Of a stretch of DNA of 64,000 bases, positions 37,620 through 52,330 are shown piece by piece. Origin of the DNA: Malacoraja senta. Its lineage: Eukaryota. The stretch covers positions 1,738,001 through 1,802,000 of the forward strand of contig CM075998.1 in the NCBI GenBank assembly GCA_038087875.1, read 5' to 3'. The notes under the pieces were generated by a model. The model was not told the origin of the DNA. It saw nothing but the letters and a program-made list of their open reading frames with translations, and ran no database searches. The position numbers and the translations under genes were made by a program. Every line of letters starts with the position of its first letter. Position 1 is the first letter of the stretch.

Positions 37620-37950
37620 TTATTTTAGCAACAGAGGCAGCCATTTTGCACATTGCAAGATCCCACAACTAGCAACAAATTGATTCACCAGTTTACCAAT
37701 TCTGCTGGTGTTGATTGGGCAAGAAATATCAGTTGGGAGAATTGCTTTTTCTTTGAATAGCTCCCAAGGAAACATTAACATCCATTTGAAGAGAACTTTA
37801 GTTTAAGATCTTAGCTGAATGCTGACATCTCAGCACGTCCTCAATACTGCATTGGGGTGGCAGCCTAGATAACGTACTCGTGTGCTGGATTGGAACTTGG
37901 ATCTTCAAATCTCCAACTTAAGGGTGAGTACGAGCAACTGACCCAAGCTA
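37620..37950 (-). mobile_element. Ancient Deu-domain SINE, degraded
   Basis: gcagccattttgcacattgcaagatcccacaac core shared with 40600-40830 and 47870-47910. Confidence 0.55.
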
Positions 37951-40599
37951 ACAGTTGAGAGGAAGAGAACACTGTCAATGGAGAAGGTGGTATTAGTTGG
38001 GAGTGTCGATGTAGATTGATGAGGATTAATTCATTTGCCTCGCATCTCAAATGGACATAGTGACGGATAAATCATGGATGTCTTCTGTACATCTTCCACA
38101 TGCACTTCTGTATACATACAATATTTTGCAGAGGCCTTATACAGTTCTATGCTTATTATACTTTTAATTGTATAGCAATATTTAATTGGCATTAGCAGCA
38201 CTGGGGAGCTCTGTTTCATATTTTATCATCAGCTAAAACCACTACACTTTCTGAAGCTCCGAAACCAGCCATTTCTCACGCCAGGGATCGTTATGGATAC
38301 TGGGGAGAGACCAATTTGGGTTCAACTTATCAACTCAAGTGTCTGCAAGTTGATCAAGAACTCAATTGAGTTACTGATCAACTTGTAGGCAATTCAAATG
38401 AGATTGTGCAAACTCGATTCATTGGGACTGCCTAAACTACTGCAAAGAGGGGGACAATCTCCAATCTAGACTGGATTTGCAATTTGTTCAATGGTCACAG
38501 GATAATATTTCAATTCTCTTTACCATCCAATCCATATCCAGTATAGAGGAAGAGAAGCTGAGAGTTTTTCCTGGTTAAACAATTTTATTTTAGCCCTTGA
38601 CTTGTTTCAGTGTGAATACCAAAGATCTGATCTAACATAGGTCCTCTTGCCTAGTCCTTGATGATAGTCCTGGAAAGTACTGAGAAGGAAGTTTCTTTTT
38701 TTTAATTCCCTGAAATCTTTGGAAGCCAAGATGATGAGGCTAGGACTGGAGGTGAACTTCAACCGCTGTGCAAGTGCTATGCTGGGTTGTGGTAAAGGTA
38801 TTACAAAGAAAGATCAAACCAGGATCGCTTCACCATTGAAGATCGATGGCCATGCAATACAAGAGATATGTGGGGCAGACAAACAAAAGCCTTCGATCAT
38901 TTTATCAGGAAAAACATGTTGGGATATCCAGGGTGAAAGTTTTTTTTTTTGTACATAGAAATGACCTGGGTTGTGATTGTCCTAACTCATTTTGATTAGA
39001 ATCGAAGGAAAGATCAACATTTGATCCTGGTCTAACTGGGCACCATCGGTTCACGAACAACGTATTGCACTAGATTAAAGCTGACACCTCCTATTAGGCA
39101 CTGCTTTTGTACATCATCATCTCCTAACCGATGAAATAAAGAAGCTAAACTGGACGGCCAATAATGCAGAAGACGTATGATTTGAGAACAAGGCAATTTG
39201 TGAAGAGCAAAGCAGGAATTTGAGTTTGCAAGGTGGATACAAATTGTCTACATCTTCTGCCAGAAATGGTTTACAATACATATTGCTATTATGCATGACG
39301 TAAGCGCAGTACAAACTCAACATGCATGGAAAACCTTCAGTTCAATCACAAGGGCCCTATTTACATGAAGGTGTCGTCTTGTGGCCAATCCTTTGAATTA
39401 AAAGTCGGCCAAATGATTTTGGCTTGTTGAATACGTTTTAAAGAATTTGCAAGGAAGACTACCTAAAATTCCATCTTATTTCATTCCAACACTAAGTAGT
39501 ACATTTGTTAAAAGATGTAATTATTTGTTTTTTGTTGTTTGATATTCAGGTAAAGACCAACAGATGTCACTTGAGGCCTCAAATAGTGATGTTCCTGTCC
39601 TCATATAACTGTTTACAGGATTGATCGCTAGTAACCTTGCACTTCACATGATGCAAGGGCAACATTAAATAAATGTTTCAACAATTAATATCGTAATGAA
39701 GAATTTAAATTGATGATATGTGCAATTAGCAGAAACAGGAGCAAAATCAATTTTGCAAATGAGAATGGTACCAGTTAAATTGAGCGCCTTTAACAGTGTC
39801 TAAAGCTCCAGTCAGTAACATTGCAGATGTCTCAGGCTTGCTAGGTAAATCACATGGGCAAAACATCTGGAATTTTGTAAGGATGACATATGTGCAAATT
39901 TTGTGTCATGAACATCTCGGAAAACAACTGCATAGAAAGTCCAAGCAGAAAGAAGAAATACTAATAGATGACCTCCGGTCCTGCGTTGGTTACAGGAGTT
40001 TTGGTATCACTATTGATTGCTAAATCCATGTTTAAGACTAGATTTCACTTGCTTCATTTTACAAATATTTCTATACAAATGCTCATCAAACTTGAAATTT
40101 CTGGTGCACTTGGATTCAAAAAGCACACGGAATTATTTGAGGCAAGCACGTTTGTACGGCCTTAGTGCTGCCCAGAACACATGCTAGTAATTTTTCTTTC
40201 TGTTGGAACTTTTCTTCCTCTATCTGTTCGCCGATAAGGTATTCAAAGATGTCAAGAATGAAATCAAATCAACTTAGTGATGAACGAGAGGTACCTTCCA
40301 CAATGTGACTTAACAACACAAAGAAATGAGTTGATGTGACGGTGTCGTGAAGGGCTTTTGCTGTTAGGTGAGATAAATGTAGAACCAATACTAACAACAT
40401 GGAGTAAATGAATCCCCAACTTTACTAAGGACACAATACACATTTGCACTAGAAGGCCCTTTATCTATGCCGTACATTAAGTGATGTTAACAACAGTTTT
40501 GCAAGCAGTAATAAGGACAGGAATTTCATCAATTTGACCTCGGTTCTCACTGAAAGCGTAGATAGACCCAAAAAAGTCTACCATTTAAATTAGATAAGG

Positions 40600-40830
40600 A
40601 AGAAAGAAATGTATTAATATAGCGCGTTATCACAATTAGCTTCTTTGAAGTGCAGTGACTGTTGTTACATAGGCAAATGCAGCAGACATTTTGCGCACAG
40701 CAAGTTTCAATAAAGAGCAGTGTGATGATTGAGCGGTGAATCTGTTTTTGGTGATAGCTGGCCGAGGGAGGAAATAGTGCCACAGTGTCCACCTGAACCA
40801 CTGGAACAGATAGATGGGGCTTTTGAGGTT
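40600..40830 (-). mobile_element. Ancient Deu-domain SINE fragment
   Basis: ttgaagtgcagtgactgttgt...gcagacattttgcgcacagcaag core. Confidence 0.55.
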
Positions 40831-41479
40831 TTTTTTTACCCAAGTTTATATTGCTGCCCGTATTCTCAGTGGCTGTTCTACTGATGATGCGACTGCCTGA
40901 AGGAACAGCTATGCAATTTTCACGGTTGGTGCAAACGTGACATCATCCAGTAGAACATGATGCATAGAAAGCAGGAAGCAAGATTTAAGACGCAGGATAT
41001 CGGGATTTGAGATCTGAGTATACTCGAAGTATTTTACAAGCAGCTACTTGTAAAAATGTATTAAGCACGCTGCTTGGCTACGAATTAGATTGGGGAATGA
41101 TAAATACACTACCAGCATATTAAAGGCAAATTGTGACTTGTGAGTTAATTGATATTCATTAATTATTTAACTATCTGGATTTTTAACTGTGGTTTGTTTT
41201 TTAGCGCATTGCCTTTGCTTGTTTCAGTAAAGCTACCTACTGCTCTCACATTCAGTCAACGGACAGATCTTGTTTAATGAATCAATTGATATGTGCTAAA
41301 ATAAAACAAAAACGACTGATTGTGAAGTTTAAAATAAAATTGTGATTTGTCATTTATCGATTGAAAATTTAGGGCTTTGTTGGGGTGGGTTGCTAATTCT
41401 GTGCTCCATTTAACCTTCTGATTGATACAACACACATTCCTCCCTGGTTGGTCTGCAATAGGACACAAGGCACCTTTGC

Positions 41480-41686
<207 letters not shown>

Positions 41687-42944
41687 TCAATGATAGTGAC
41701 CAATCTCTCAGGTTATCTTCTTTTCCTCCCTGTACTTTCCTGGAGCTCAGAAAATGGACAGGTGACCCATGGTACTCAAGGTCGGGGCTTTGCCCGTTGC
41801 AGTTCTGGAGGCAAACATTTGGGGTCCACAAGGGTAATGAGGATTAACTCATCGCTTTGATTATTCCGTCATTGCCTTTAGAGAGGTGCATTCTTCAAAT
41901 CCAATCTGTTTAGTCAGCCAGTGCTTCATAAATCACAGCACTCCATATATTTCCTTAGTTGGACAGAACTGGTAAATTGATGAATGGAATTCGACTATGA
42001 ATCTGCCTAATTACCCTGTGCTCCATTACAGACATGCAGAGTGTTGCCGAATCACTTTAATAAACAATTTTCCATCATGAACACAATGAGCATGTGATGA
42101 AAAATGGTCTTTTACCTTCTTCCTGCCATGGACCATGTCCAATTTATCGTCTAACTAACTCTTATCACTTTCCTGGAAGAATCTTCATCCAGGTTTCCCT
42201 GTTTTCTCTCCGTTAGATAATACGACAGGAACCTAATGAGCCACTTGCCCCTGCTTCATTTCCTGGCCCATTCACACACAAAATGCTTCGAAACAATTCA
42301 TGAACCAGACACGTCCCAAATGTGTTACTCAGTTCTCTTGCTGGGGTGTAATCTAAATGTAGTGCAATAATTTCATAGTCAAACTGGCTTGAATATTGGA
42401 GGGACTGGGGAGTATAATGAGTTAATAGTCTGGGGTTGATATTAATCCACGATGAGTGTTGAAATGTGCTCAAGAACATCTTTTGAACCAAACCATTAAA
42501 AGGAAGAAATGTTCGATGTAAGGCCACCACATCACACGGTGAGCCTCTGTGTGCGGTGCAATTACATTTCATCTTGGCCTTCAGACACTGAATTCTCACA
42601 GTAAAATGACCGTCTTGTCAAATTCTTTAAGAAAAACGTTCCTCAGGCTAAAATGGTCACAGAGCTTTAAAACGCTTGAGGGTTTAGTGCAAATCTTCTT
42701 GAATTTACAAAGGATCTAAAGAGGCTTCGTACAGCAGATTCCATGAGCTTGTAAGACACGTGTAGGATCACAGTGGTCACAGTGCTTTATACACTGGAAC
42801 AAAACAGACCGAGGACATTGAATCTAAGCAAATTGGCCTTGTAGCTTTCAGTATGTAATTTAAACATTAAAAAAATGACTGTTTTGAGAATAATGAGAAA
42901 GGCATTTCTTGTGCACAAAACAAATAAATGGGATGCTAACCAAT

Positions 42945-43160
42945 GTGTGTAGGAAGGAAGTGCAGATGCTGGTTTAAACCGAAGATAGACACAAAATGCT
43001 GGAGCAACTCAGCGGGACGGGCAGCTTCTCTGGCGAGAAGGAATGGGTGACGTTTTGGGTCGAGACCCTTCTTCAGACTGCTTCAGTCTGAAAAGTCACC
43101 CATTCCTTCTCTCCAGAGATGCGGCCAGCCCCGCTGAGTTACTGCGGCATTTTGTGTCAT
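42945..43160. mobile_element. Head-to-head inverted pair of Penelope-like remnants
   Basis: Minus arm 42945-43080 and plus arm 43084-43160 meet at cttcagactg-cttcagtctgaa. Confidence 0.85.
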
Positions 43161-46100
43161 CAACTGGTCTTTTACCTCCCCGTGGCTGAGATCATATCCA
43201 GCAGCAAGAAGTTTGTCTTTGTACAAAGCCAGGCTTTGTATTTACAACAACTGCCTCACAGCTCCAGCGAGCTGGGTTTGACCCTAACCTTGGCTGTTGC
43301 CTGCATGGAGTTCTCACGTTCTCCCTGTGGAGTTTCCCTGAGTCCTCTGCTTTCCTCCCACATTCCAAAGCCGTGCTTTGGAGTTGGTGAGTTAATTGAC
43401 GATTGTAAAATAATTTCTTTAATTGTTCTGTTCTGGTACATATGGCAATTAAACACTCTTGAATCTTGTGTAGGTGGGTAGCAGAAGAATCGGGGGTGAA
43501 GTCAATGGGAATATGAGAGAGAACATGTTACACAGAAATGAATGGGGGAATAGAATTAATGGGGTTGCTCAATGAGCTGGCATGGACTCAATGGGCTGAA
43601 CGATCTCTGCCATCAGGAAATATGAGAAATGCAATTCCACCTTATCCTTTAAGACAAAGTTTCTATATTCTATGTATCTCTAAACTAAATTATAATTGAA
43701 TGATAATAAATGAAAAAACACAAGAAAATAGAATGTTAAATTGCATATGGGTTTCATTACTATACCTTTACTGGAGCTATCTAAACAGCTGTAAAATCTT
43801 TACACTCATTTTTAAAACTCCTGCAGTCTAGTCATGGTGCTCAGTGCATGACAGAACATTACACTGCCAAGAGCCACACTTTTTAATATGATGTGTCCTG
43901 GTCTTGACCCTTGACAGGTCTACAGGCGTTAACTGTCATTACCAATTGCTGCTTGCTCGCCTTCATCACATTCCCAATACATGATAATCCTGCACCTTAA
44001 GAAGGCTTTAGTCTATTCTTCAGTGGTATTCATGATGAAAACTATCCTGTGTGTTGCCTTGCTCGCTGTTGCTAAGGTGAAAGATGACTGGAGGTGCAGA
44101 GATTTTCTTTCCCTGCATCCTAGAATTTATTCAGAGGAGCCTAACTGCATGTCAGACAGAAGCACGCTTACTTTGAACTGATATATTAAATAATGCTCTG
44201 ATAGCAGATTCAAGTTCTTCCAGCACTTGGTCACCGTACCATGCACGACATGCTGACAAAACTCCCGCTTATAAATTTCTCATCATGACATTTCCGATCA
44301 TTCTCTGTTTTAAACTGTCTGCTATGGGCACAGTGACCCTGAACCATCCTACAAACCTCCAAATATGCTCTTTATCTTCCTCATATCGTTGCTGTGCTCA
44401 CCCCTAACATAAAAAGCTCCTCGTCTCTCTCAAGCCTCCCTGCATCCTTCACATTTCGGAGTTTGAAAACACGAGTGCGGCATCACATCAACCAGAGCTC
44501 TCAGTGCATTTTCTACCTAATAGCTTACGGGATTATTTCGGATTTAACACAAAAATTGCAGGCAATACTTTTGTTTAGTTCATAAGTGATAGGAACAGAA
44601 TTAGGCCATTCGGCCCATCAAGTCTACTGGGCCATTCAATCATGGCATCTTGTGTTTGGAACCAGCCCGTTCATCCAGTGGGGAAGGGGAGCTGCCTGGA
44701 CCCACTCTCCCCCTCCCCTTCTTTCCCCTCGCCTCCACAGCAGCTTTCTATTCCACAGCTGTTCTGCGGTGGCGTTGGGGATGATTCTTTGAAGTTCGGA
44801 TTTGCTTCATAAGGTGGTCAGTGTTGTAATGCCTTGGTAACTGGGAGCTCTGCAGCCAACTCCCAACGGGAAATACTGAGGTCCCGTTTTACACATGGAG
44901 GTGAATACAGGAAAATAGCGGCAGAGCAGGCCACTCGGCCCCTCAAGCCTGCCCTGCCATTCAATATGATAATGGCTGATCTGCCCCAGGCCTCACCTCC
45001 TCTTCTGTGCCAGCTCAAGATTTATCTTACTCCACCTTAGATACATCTAATGATTGGGCGTATCCCAATCTGTGTGCAAAACGGCAAGGCACAGCCTTTA
45101 ATATTTTCTTCCAATTTCATTTAATTTTCAGGAGTTATAAGCACTGCAGGCAGCATACACTGTAAACGGCTCGATTGTGATCATGTATAGTCTTTCCGCT
45201 GACTGGATACCACGCAACAAAAGCTTTTCACTATACCTCGGTACACGTGGCAGTAAACTAAACTAAACTGAACTGATGTTGAGCATGTTAAAAGAGGGTG
45301 CGCTCTGATTTCTGCGCCACGACCTTGTGCCGACAGGGTACACACACAACACAAGTTATGTCGATAGCTCAATGGTGTAACCGATAAAATCTGACCACTG
45401 GGAAAATGACCAAAGACAAAGGCCAAGCATAGTTTATTCTTTCGCATTATGCAGCTGAAAAACTTTTGAAAATGAAATGTCATAAGAACCTTCCTAGGTC
45501 ATCTAATGTCTAAATTCGACCAGGCACTCTTGGATTGAAAGCTAGATACAAGATACATTTATTTGTCACATGTGCCAGTTGGCACAGTGAAATGTGTGTT
45601 CACCATACAGCCATACAATTAAAATAAAGCTACAAGGAATAAACTCTGTGTTTAAATGAACCTCCACCATGTGCTGTGAAAGAGTATTTAGATTGATTGA
45701 ATTGAAAGGAAACAGACCCGTTGGGCCCATGCCATCCGTCGATCACCCCTTCACACTAGTTCTATGTTATCCCACCTTTGCATCCACTCGGGGGAAATTA
45801 TAAATGCCAATTAACCTTTAAACCCGCACATATTTGGGATGTGGGAGGAAACCAGAGCATCCGAGGGAACTCACGCGGTCACGGGGAGAACGCGCAAACT
45901 CCACCCAAGCAGCCGACACCACCAGGATCAAACCGGGGTCTCTGGCACTGTAAGGCAGCAGCTGTACCGCTGTGCCACCCAATAAGGTCCGGCTTGATGG
46001 CAGTGTTGGGACTAGAATAGTCATTATTTAAACAAACAAACAAACAAATAGTAATTCCTTCTCTACATCTGTCTGCCGTTAAGATGTTCTCTGAAAGGAT

Positions 46101-46634
46101 TGTGTTGGATCAAGCTTTGATCTCCTCCTTTCGCTCGTGTGGGATGTAGATGTATCCCAGTACATCACTCATGGGATGTTACACTGTTTTACAGGGGCTA
46201 GATAAATTCAAGTTATTGTTGGCTGTTGCAAACAAAAACAGATCGGAACTGTGACAACTGACCCCTCCACCGCTGATTCCTATAATAATGCTGGCAAATG
46301 ACCTCACGGGAAGAATTCTCACGCACACTAATGAGAAATATGCAAATACAGATTGCGGTTTCTGAGAATATTGATGAGCAAAATCAGGTTATGCCAATAA
46401 ATATTTACAGCTAAACTTTAAAGCCCCTGTCCCATTGGATCAATGCGAACACGTCAACAAGCTTCCCTGATGGCTTCGCTTGTTAAAGCAACGAGTACCA
46501 AAGGCATTTGGCTCGGGGAAGGCTTGGGGAACAAAGATCCATTTATGCATTTGTTGTTGTAATCGGGGATGATACACTTGGGAGCTTTCGTTGAGGAAAC
46601 TATGCCAGGCTTCTCGATTATGATTCCCATCCAG

Positions 46635-46653
46635 TGAACCACCAGGGGGCACC
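46635..46653 (+). promoter_or_regulatory. CTCF consensus motif
   Basis: CCACCAGGGGGCAC at 46639-46652 matches the vertebrate CTCF core. Confidence 0.55.
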
Positions 46654-46659
46654 GCACGA

Positions 46660-47040
46660 TTGGCAGCCTCGCCAACAGTCTGTCTGTTTCTTCGTCTTTT
46701 TTTAAATTTTTAGTGTGTGTTAAAAGTTTGTGTAAATGTTCTCTGGTTTGTTTCATGTGGGGGGGAGAGGGGGGGGGGTCAGGGGAAACTTTTTTTTCAG
46801 TTTCTTACCTTGCCGGAGATGCGACTATTTTCCGGATCGCATCTCCGGTCGCTCTGCGACCTACCATCGATGGAGCTGGAGGTCTCCTCGGACTGACTTG
46901 AGCCCCACCGCGGGGCGTGGACTTGACATCGGAGCCGATCCCTTGCCTGGGATCGTTCCCACCGCGGCCTACGGACTTTACATCGAGAGCTCGCAGTCTC
47001 GGAAGAGGCTAGTCAGGAGCTCCAAAGTTGACCAGCAACT
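46660..47040. repeat. CpG-rich, hairpin-containing probable interspersed repeat, unclassified
   Basis: 12-bp perfect stem 46813-46824/46837-46848; GATCCC-ttgcct-GGGATC hairpin; two related ccgcgg..ggactt.acatcg subunits. Confidence 0.5.
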
Positions 47041-48149
47041 GAGACACAGCATATGCTAAAGTAAGATGTCCCCATATGTTTTCTCTGTTGGGTTATTTTA
47101 GTAGAATGGTTAAAAGGGGAATGCCGAAAGAAGATTGTTTGAATCGACTTCTAGCAACTAAACAGGAAAAATCCAATCTGGCTCATATCAAATAGAACCG
47201 CCTCATATTGTTCAAATATTGACCGATTCCAAGGTAGAACTGGTGAAAGATTGCTCAGGGAGCTGGAGGAAGAATCAATAGTGGTTTACAATCCCCAAGG
47301 CTCGTATGGTCATTTAATGCCAAGAATTAAAGAGCAGACATGTAGAGCAAGGTTTGGACCTGTTGTTTTTAATCTCCGTGTGCGGTTTAAAATAGAACCA
47401 GGGCTTCAGTGTTTAAATGGGTGCCTGTCATTTTGATGCAATATTTTTATATATAACCTCAACCTATCAAGCAGCCAGGATATGTGAATGGAGGTTGTTA
47501 GCTGTGATCTATGTTTATTACCACGTTTCTGACATCCCTCGTGAATTCATTTAGATTGGTGGCATACACTACATAAATAAAACAGGCGAAGCTAAAAAGA
47601 GCTGGAAATCTGAAAGTGGAGTGTGAAAGGTGGTACACACGTATCAGGTGAGTTGGTACGTGAACAAGGAAAGTTTAGCATTCCCCTTGACAGATTTGTC
47701 GTGCCGACGAGGAAAACGGAAGGTATACAAAGAAAACAATGCGCTGTGGGTTAAGGCACTTATCCTTCTCTCAAATGGCCCGGGTTCTGCATCTGTAGAG
47801 TGCCTTTCACACCAGCACATGTTTTACAACCAAACAGCCTGGCATTAAATGTAGTCACCGTTGTAGGAAAACCGCTGCCAGTTTGTACACAGCAAGCTCC
47901 CACAAAACAGCAAAGTGTTAATAACCAGCTTGTACTACACGGCTATTCCTCAATTTACAAAAGGGACCGGTTCTAATTGTTAAGCGAAGTTATGTAAATC
48001 AAGAAAGGTTGGGCAAAATACAGTCCGGGTATTTCAGTCGCATGTATTCTGTTTACAGAGTAACATGCGATTTATGGGAACAAAAATCAGGTTTGTAAAT
48101 TTAAGTCAAAGAGTTAATGGTGTTACAGTGATGATTTGTAAATCAAACA

Positions 48150-48700
48150 GAACATAGAACATGGAAGAGTATAGCATAGGAACAGGCTCTTCGGCCCATG
48201 GTAGCCCTGCTATACACAATGCAGGTTAAACTAACAACACAGGTTAAACTAACGTCCTCTGCCTGCACGTGATCCATATCCCTCCATTCCCTACATATCC
48301 ACGTGCCTATCTAAAAGCCTTTTAAACGCCTGTATTGTATCTGCCTCCTGACAGCAAGTTCCAGGCACCCACCTCGCTCTCACCTGTAAAAAAAACTGTC
48401 CTCTCTCACCCTGAAACTATGCCCTCTAGTATTTGATATTTCCACTCTGGGAAAAGGATTCTGACTGTCTATCCTGTCTATGTCTCTCATAATTTGATAT
48501 ATTTCTTTCAGGTCAAATCCCCTCAAATCTCCAAAGCTCCAGAGAAAACAATCCAAGTTTGTCCAAGCTCCCCTGGCTTATATTAACTAATACTCTTGAC
48601 TCCAGGCAGCATTATGGTTAATGCACCCCTTTCCAAAGCCTCCACGTTCTTCTTGTGACAAGTGAGCGGAACTGCACACAATACTCCAAATGGCTGATCT
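48150..48700 (-). mobile_element. Older CR1 LINE 3' fragment
   Basis: aacatagaac tail, aactgcacacaatactccaaatg (HLEYCVQF on the minus strand) and tgccctctagt (TRGH on the minus strand). Confidence 0.75.
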
Positions 48701-48776
48701 ATACTGGCCTGAACTTTCTGATGTGTCAGTTTCCCATAACCCTCAATTCCTCGATCTTTCAAATATTTATCTATCT

Positions 48777-49062
48777 TAGTTTAGTTTAGTTTAGAGATAC
48801 GGTGTGGAAACAGTGCGCACCGACCAGCGATCCCCGCACATTAACACTACCCTGCACACACTAAGGATAATTTATTGCAAGCCAATTATCCTACAAACCT
48901 CTATGTCTTTGGAGTGTGGGAGGAAACCGAAGATCCCGGAGAAAACCCATGCAGGTCACGGGGAGAACATGCAAACTCCGTACGGACAGCACCCGTAGTC
49001 AGGATCGAACCCAAGTCTCTGGCGCTGTGAGGCAGCAACTCTACCGCTGCGCCACCGTGCCG
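48777..49062 (-). mobile_element. HE1-like SINE
   Basis: Same family as 17508-17808; other copies at ~45700-45980 (-), 55678-55960 (+) and 57673-57980 (+). Confidence 0.85.
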
Positions 49063-50440
49063 CTCCTTATCTCTACCACAAATATATTTGATGGTTCCGC
49101 CTCAGGCAGAGAATTCCAGAGATCATTGTTGTTGCCAATCTTTCTATCTTTATCCCTCTGCAGAATCACAATGTTCTCACCACCATATGCCCTTCCACCT
49201 ATTTTCGTATCATTGGCAAACTTGGAAACCTTACAGTGCATTCTGTCTTCCAGGTCGTTAATGTAAACAACTGATTGGTAAAGACGGCTCCTGGCATACT
49301 CTACCCGTTACGTTGATCCAGCCTGAAAAATATCCATTTCTTCCAACTCGGATTTCCATGTGGCAGCCAGTTTTCAATCCATCCCAACACAATTCCTCCA
49401 ATACCTCAGGCTTTTCATTTATTCAACAGCCTCTCCTAGTTCCCCTCTATCCACTCTCCCTGTTACAGCCTCAAAGAATCCAAGCACGTTTGTCAAACAT
49501 GGTTTACCTCTCATAAAACAATGTTGACGTGGTTTGATTATATTGATCTTTCCAAAATGATTAGTTGATTCATCTTTGATTATTGACTGTTGGCTGAAGT
49601 GGAAGACAGCTGCATCCTTTCTGGCAAGTTTTCCTCCCTTAAAACCTCTTTTGAATGACAAGACTAGGATGGACTCACTTTATAAAAAAAAGACACAGAG
49701 TGCTGGAGTAACTCAGCAGGTCAGGCAGCATCCTTGGAGAACATGGATAGGTGACGATTTGGATCGGGACCCTTCTTCAGATTGGACTCACTTTAAGCTT
49801 GCTAACCGATGAAGTCAGGCTGTAATTAGACAGCACTGGCTCTGGCATTGCCTTTGGTTATACACTTGACCCACTTTCTGTTCAGTCACTGACTTCAGCC
49901 AACCTGCTCCAGCCTTGGTTGGTTACTGATCCACTGGCTATGGAAGCCACAAAGCCGAGTCACACCAACGGGGGACTCAACAAGGCCGTTATACTGTTCT
50001 ACCTCTTGCACACAATACAATAGAGCCCTTTGTGAGAATTAATTTGTATTTTCCATTTGGACATAGAACAATTTGCAAGTGTGTACAGAAAAGCTCATTC
50101 AGCCCATCTTGCTCTGACAGCTCTCAGAAAGAAGTCCCACTCTCATATATTACTTGATTACTCTGGGTCTCATCAACATTCCTTTGCTCTGGTGCTATGA
50201 ACTAATTCTCTTTTGTAAAGGTTCAGATTAGACCAGTGTCTCGAGAGAGCTGGTGAGGGAAAGTGGTTTAATCCCTTGGAGGTACAAGGAACTGCAGATC
50301 CTGGTTTAGTAACAAAGACACAGAGTGCTGGAGTAACTCAGCGGGTCAGCGAGCATCTCTGGAGAACAAGGATAGGTGACGTTTTGGGTTGGGACCCTTC
50401 TTCATTCTGAAGACACAATGCTGGAGAAGGGTCCCGACCC

Positions 50441-51030
50441 AAAACACCGTCTATCCATGTTCTCCAGAGATGCTGCCTGACCCGCCGAGTTACTCCAGCA
50501 CTCTGTGAAACGTCACCTATCCATGTTCTCCACAGATGCTGCCTGACCCGCCGAGTTACTCCAGCACTCTGTGAAACGTCACCTATCCACGTTCTCCACA
50601 GATGCTGCCTGACCCGCTGAGTTACTCCAGCACTCTGTGAAACGTCACCTATCCATGTTCTCCACAGATGCTGCCTGACCCGCTGAGTTACTCCAGCACT
50701 CTGTGAAACGTCACCTATCCATGTTCTCCAGAGATGCTGCCTGACCCGCTGAGTTACTCCAGCACTCTGTGAAACGTCACCTATCCATGTTCTCCACAGA
50801 TGCTGCCTGACCCGCTGAGTTACTCCAGCACTCTGTGAAACGTCACCTATCCATGTTCTCCACAGATGCTGCCTGACCCGATGAGTTACTCCAGCACTCT
50901 GTGAAACGTCACCTATCCATGTTCTCCACAGATGCTGCCTGACCCGCTGAGTTACTCCAGCACTCTGTGAAACGTCACCTATCCATGTTCTCCACAGATG
51001 CTGCCTGACCCACTGAGTTACTCCAGCACT
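50441..51030 (+). repeat. Tandem array of about 9 x 66-bp units derived from the Penelope-like terminal repeat
   Basis: Units start at 50441 (variant), 50507, 50573, 50639, 50705, 50771, 50837, 50903 and 50969; near-identical with no spacers; inverted arm at ~50283-50410. Confidence 0.95.
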
Positions 51031-52330
51031 TTTTTAAATTAAATCTCTTGGACCTTGACTGAAGATCCCCCTTCTAATTCCACAGAGTTCTGTTTATGGA
51101 AAGTATAATGAGACTTATCAGTTTATGATGGGAGCAGCTGAGAGACCTTGCACGATGAATATCACATGAATTAGGTCCCCTGGCTGATTTGGAGGCTTTC
51201 CACTGTAAAGTTGCCAGAAGGTCACCCACATATTTTTGTCGATACCTCTTACCTGTCATTGTTTAATATGGAATCACAGTCAGACTTGAGGAGGGGTGAT
51301 AAATCTATATTATTTTTAATCAAGCTGCTGAATCACACCGTGCCTGCTTTGATTGCACAAACTTGGGGGATAACAGGGGAAATGAAGGCTGATCTCATTG
51401 AGCAGCTTTTTCCTTTCACTTCCAGTTCGTGCTGTTTGATGGTTGTGCCCTTGTCAAACCGGAGCAGGAAGCATCAGGAACAAGATTATTTACCATTCTT
51501 ACTTACCTCGGACACAATTCCGTCAACACGACAATAAAACATGATCATAATTCAGAAACTACTGTGAAACCATTTTAGATCTCCAATTACAGTATATTCG
51601 GGTTTGACTTTAACTCCGAGGGATCCCCTTGAAACATGTGTATTTCCTAATACTATTGATGTGCTCTTGTTATTTTGCAAATTGTGAACTTTTCTTTTTA
51701 TGAAGTCTCTGCTAAGCATTTAATCACTTTTAACAGCAGCTGTTTTCTGCAGTGACCTGCTCCCTTCGTTCCCAAAAGTCCTAATCATATCTAAAGTGGG
51801 GCAGCATCCAGGGCCTAATTAGCTCAGAGATCACCAAACGCACTGGCAAACGAGAGAAGGAAAAAAACTAGTGGAATGTAGATGAGTTCATTGAACGAAC
51901 TCACATGCTCTCCAAAGTGATTCCTTTGTTTCTGAATGTTATTATAACTTGAATTTTAATAACTGAAGTACTGTTAGCTTCAATAAATTTTGCGCAATTA
52001 TCAAGGATTATTAAACTGTTTAAAATACAAATTTTAAAGAGTTAATCACAATTGAATTTAAGGATATTTTGTTTATAAACTGTTGTTTCTTTAAATCAAG
52101 GTAAAACAGAACCGGGGTATTTTAGTTTTTTTTAATATGTATGTCAAGAGATATAAATAATCTCACAGTGACATGTCACATGTGATAATAAAGTATCATT
52201 CATTCATTCAAACTGCATTCTGTGTTCCATCGCATGAGTTACCTGGGAAGAATTGCTTTGGCCATTGTGTGTGGCAGCATGCGGAATGGAAAACGAAAAG
52301 CTTTGCTGTTGCCCCAACAATGAACTGAAT

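Noticed and set aside
50441..51030. CRISPR-like regular array
   Set aside because: Units are contiguous and near-identical with no unique spacers, there are no cas genes, and the context is vertebrate.
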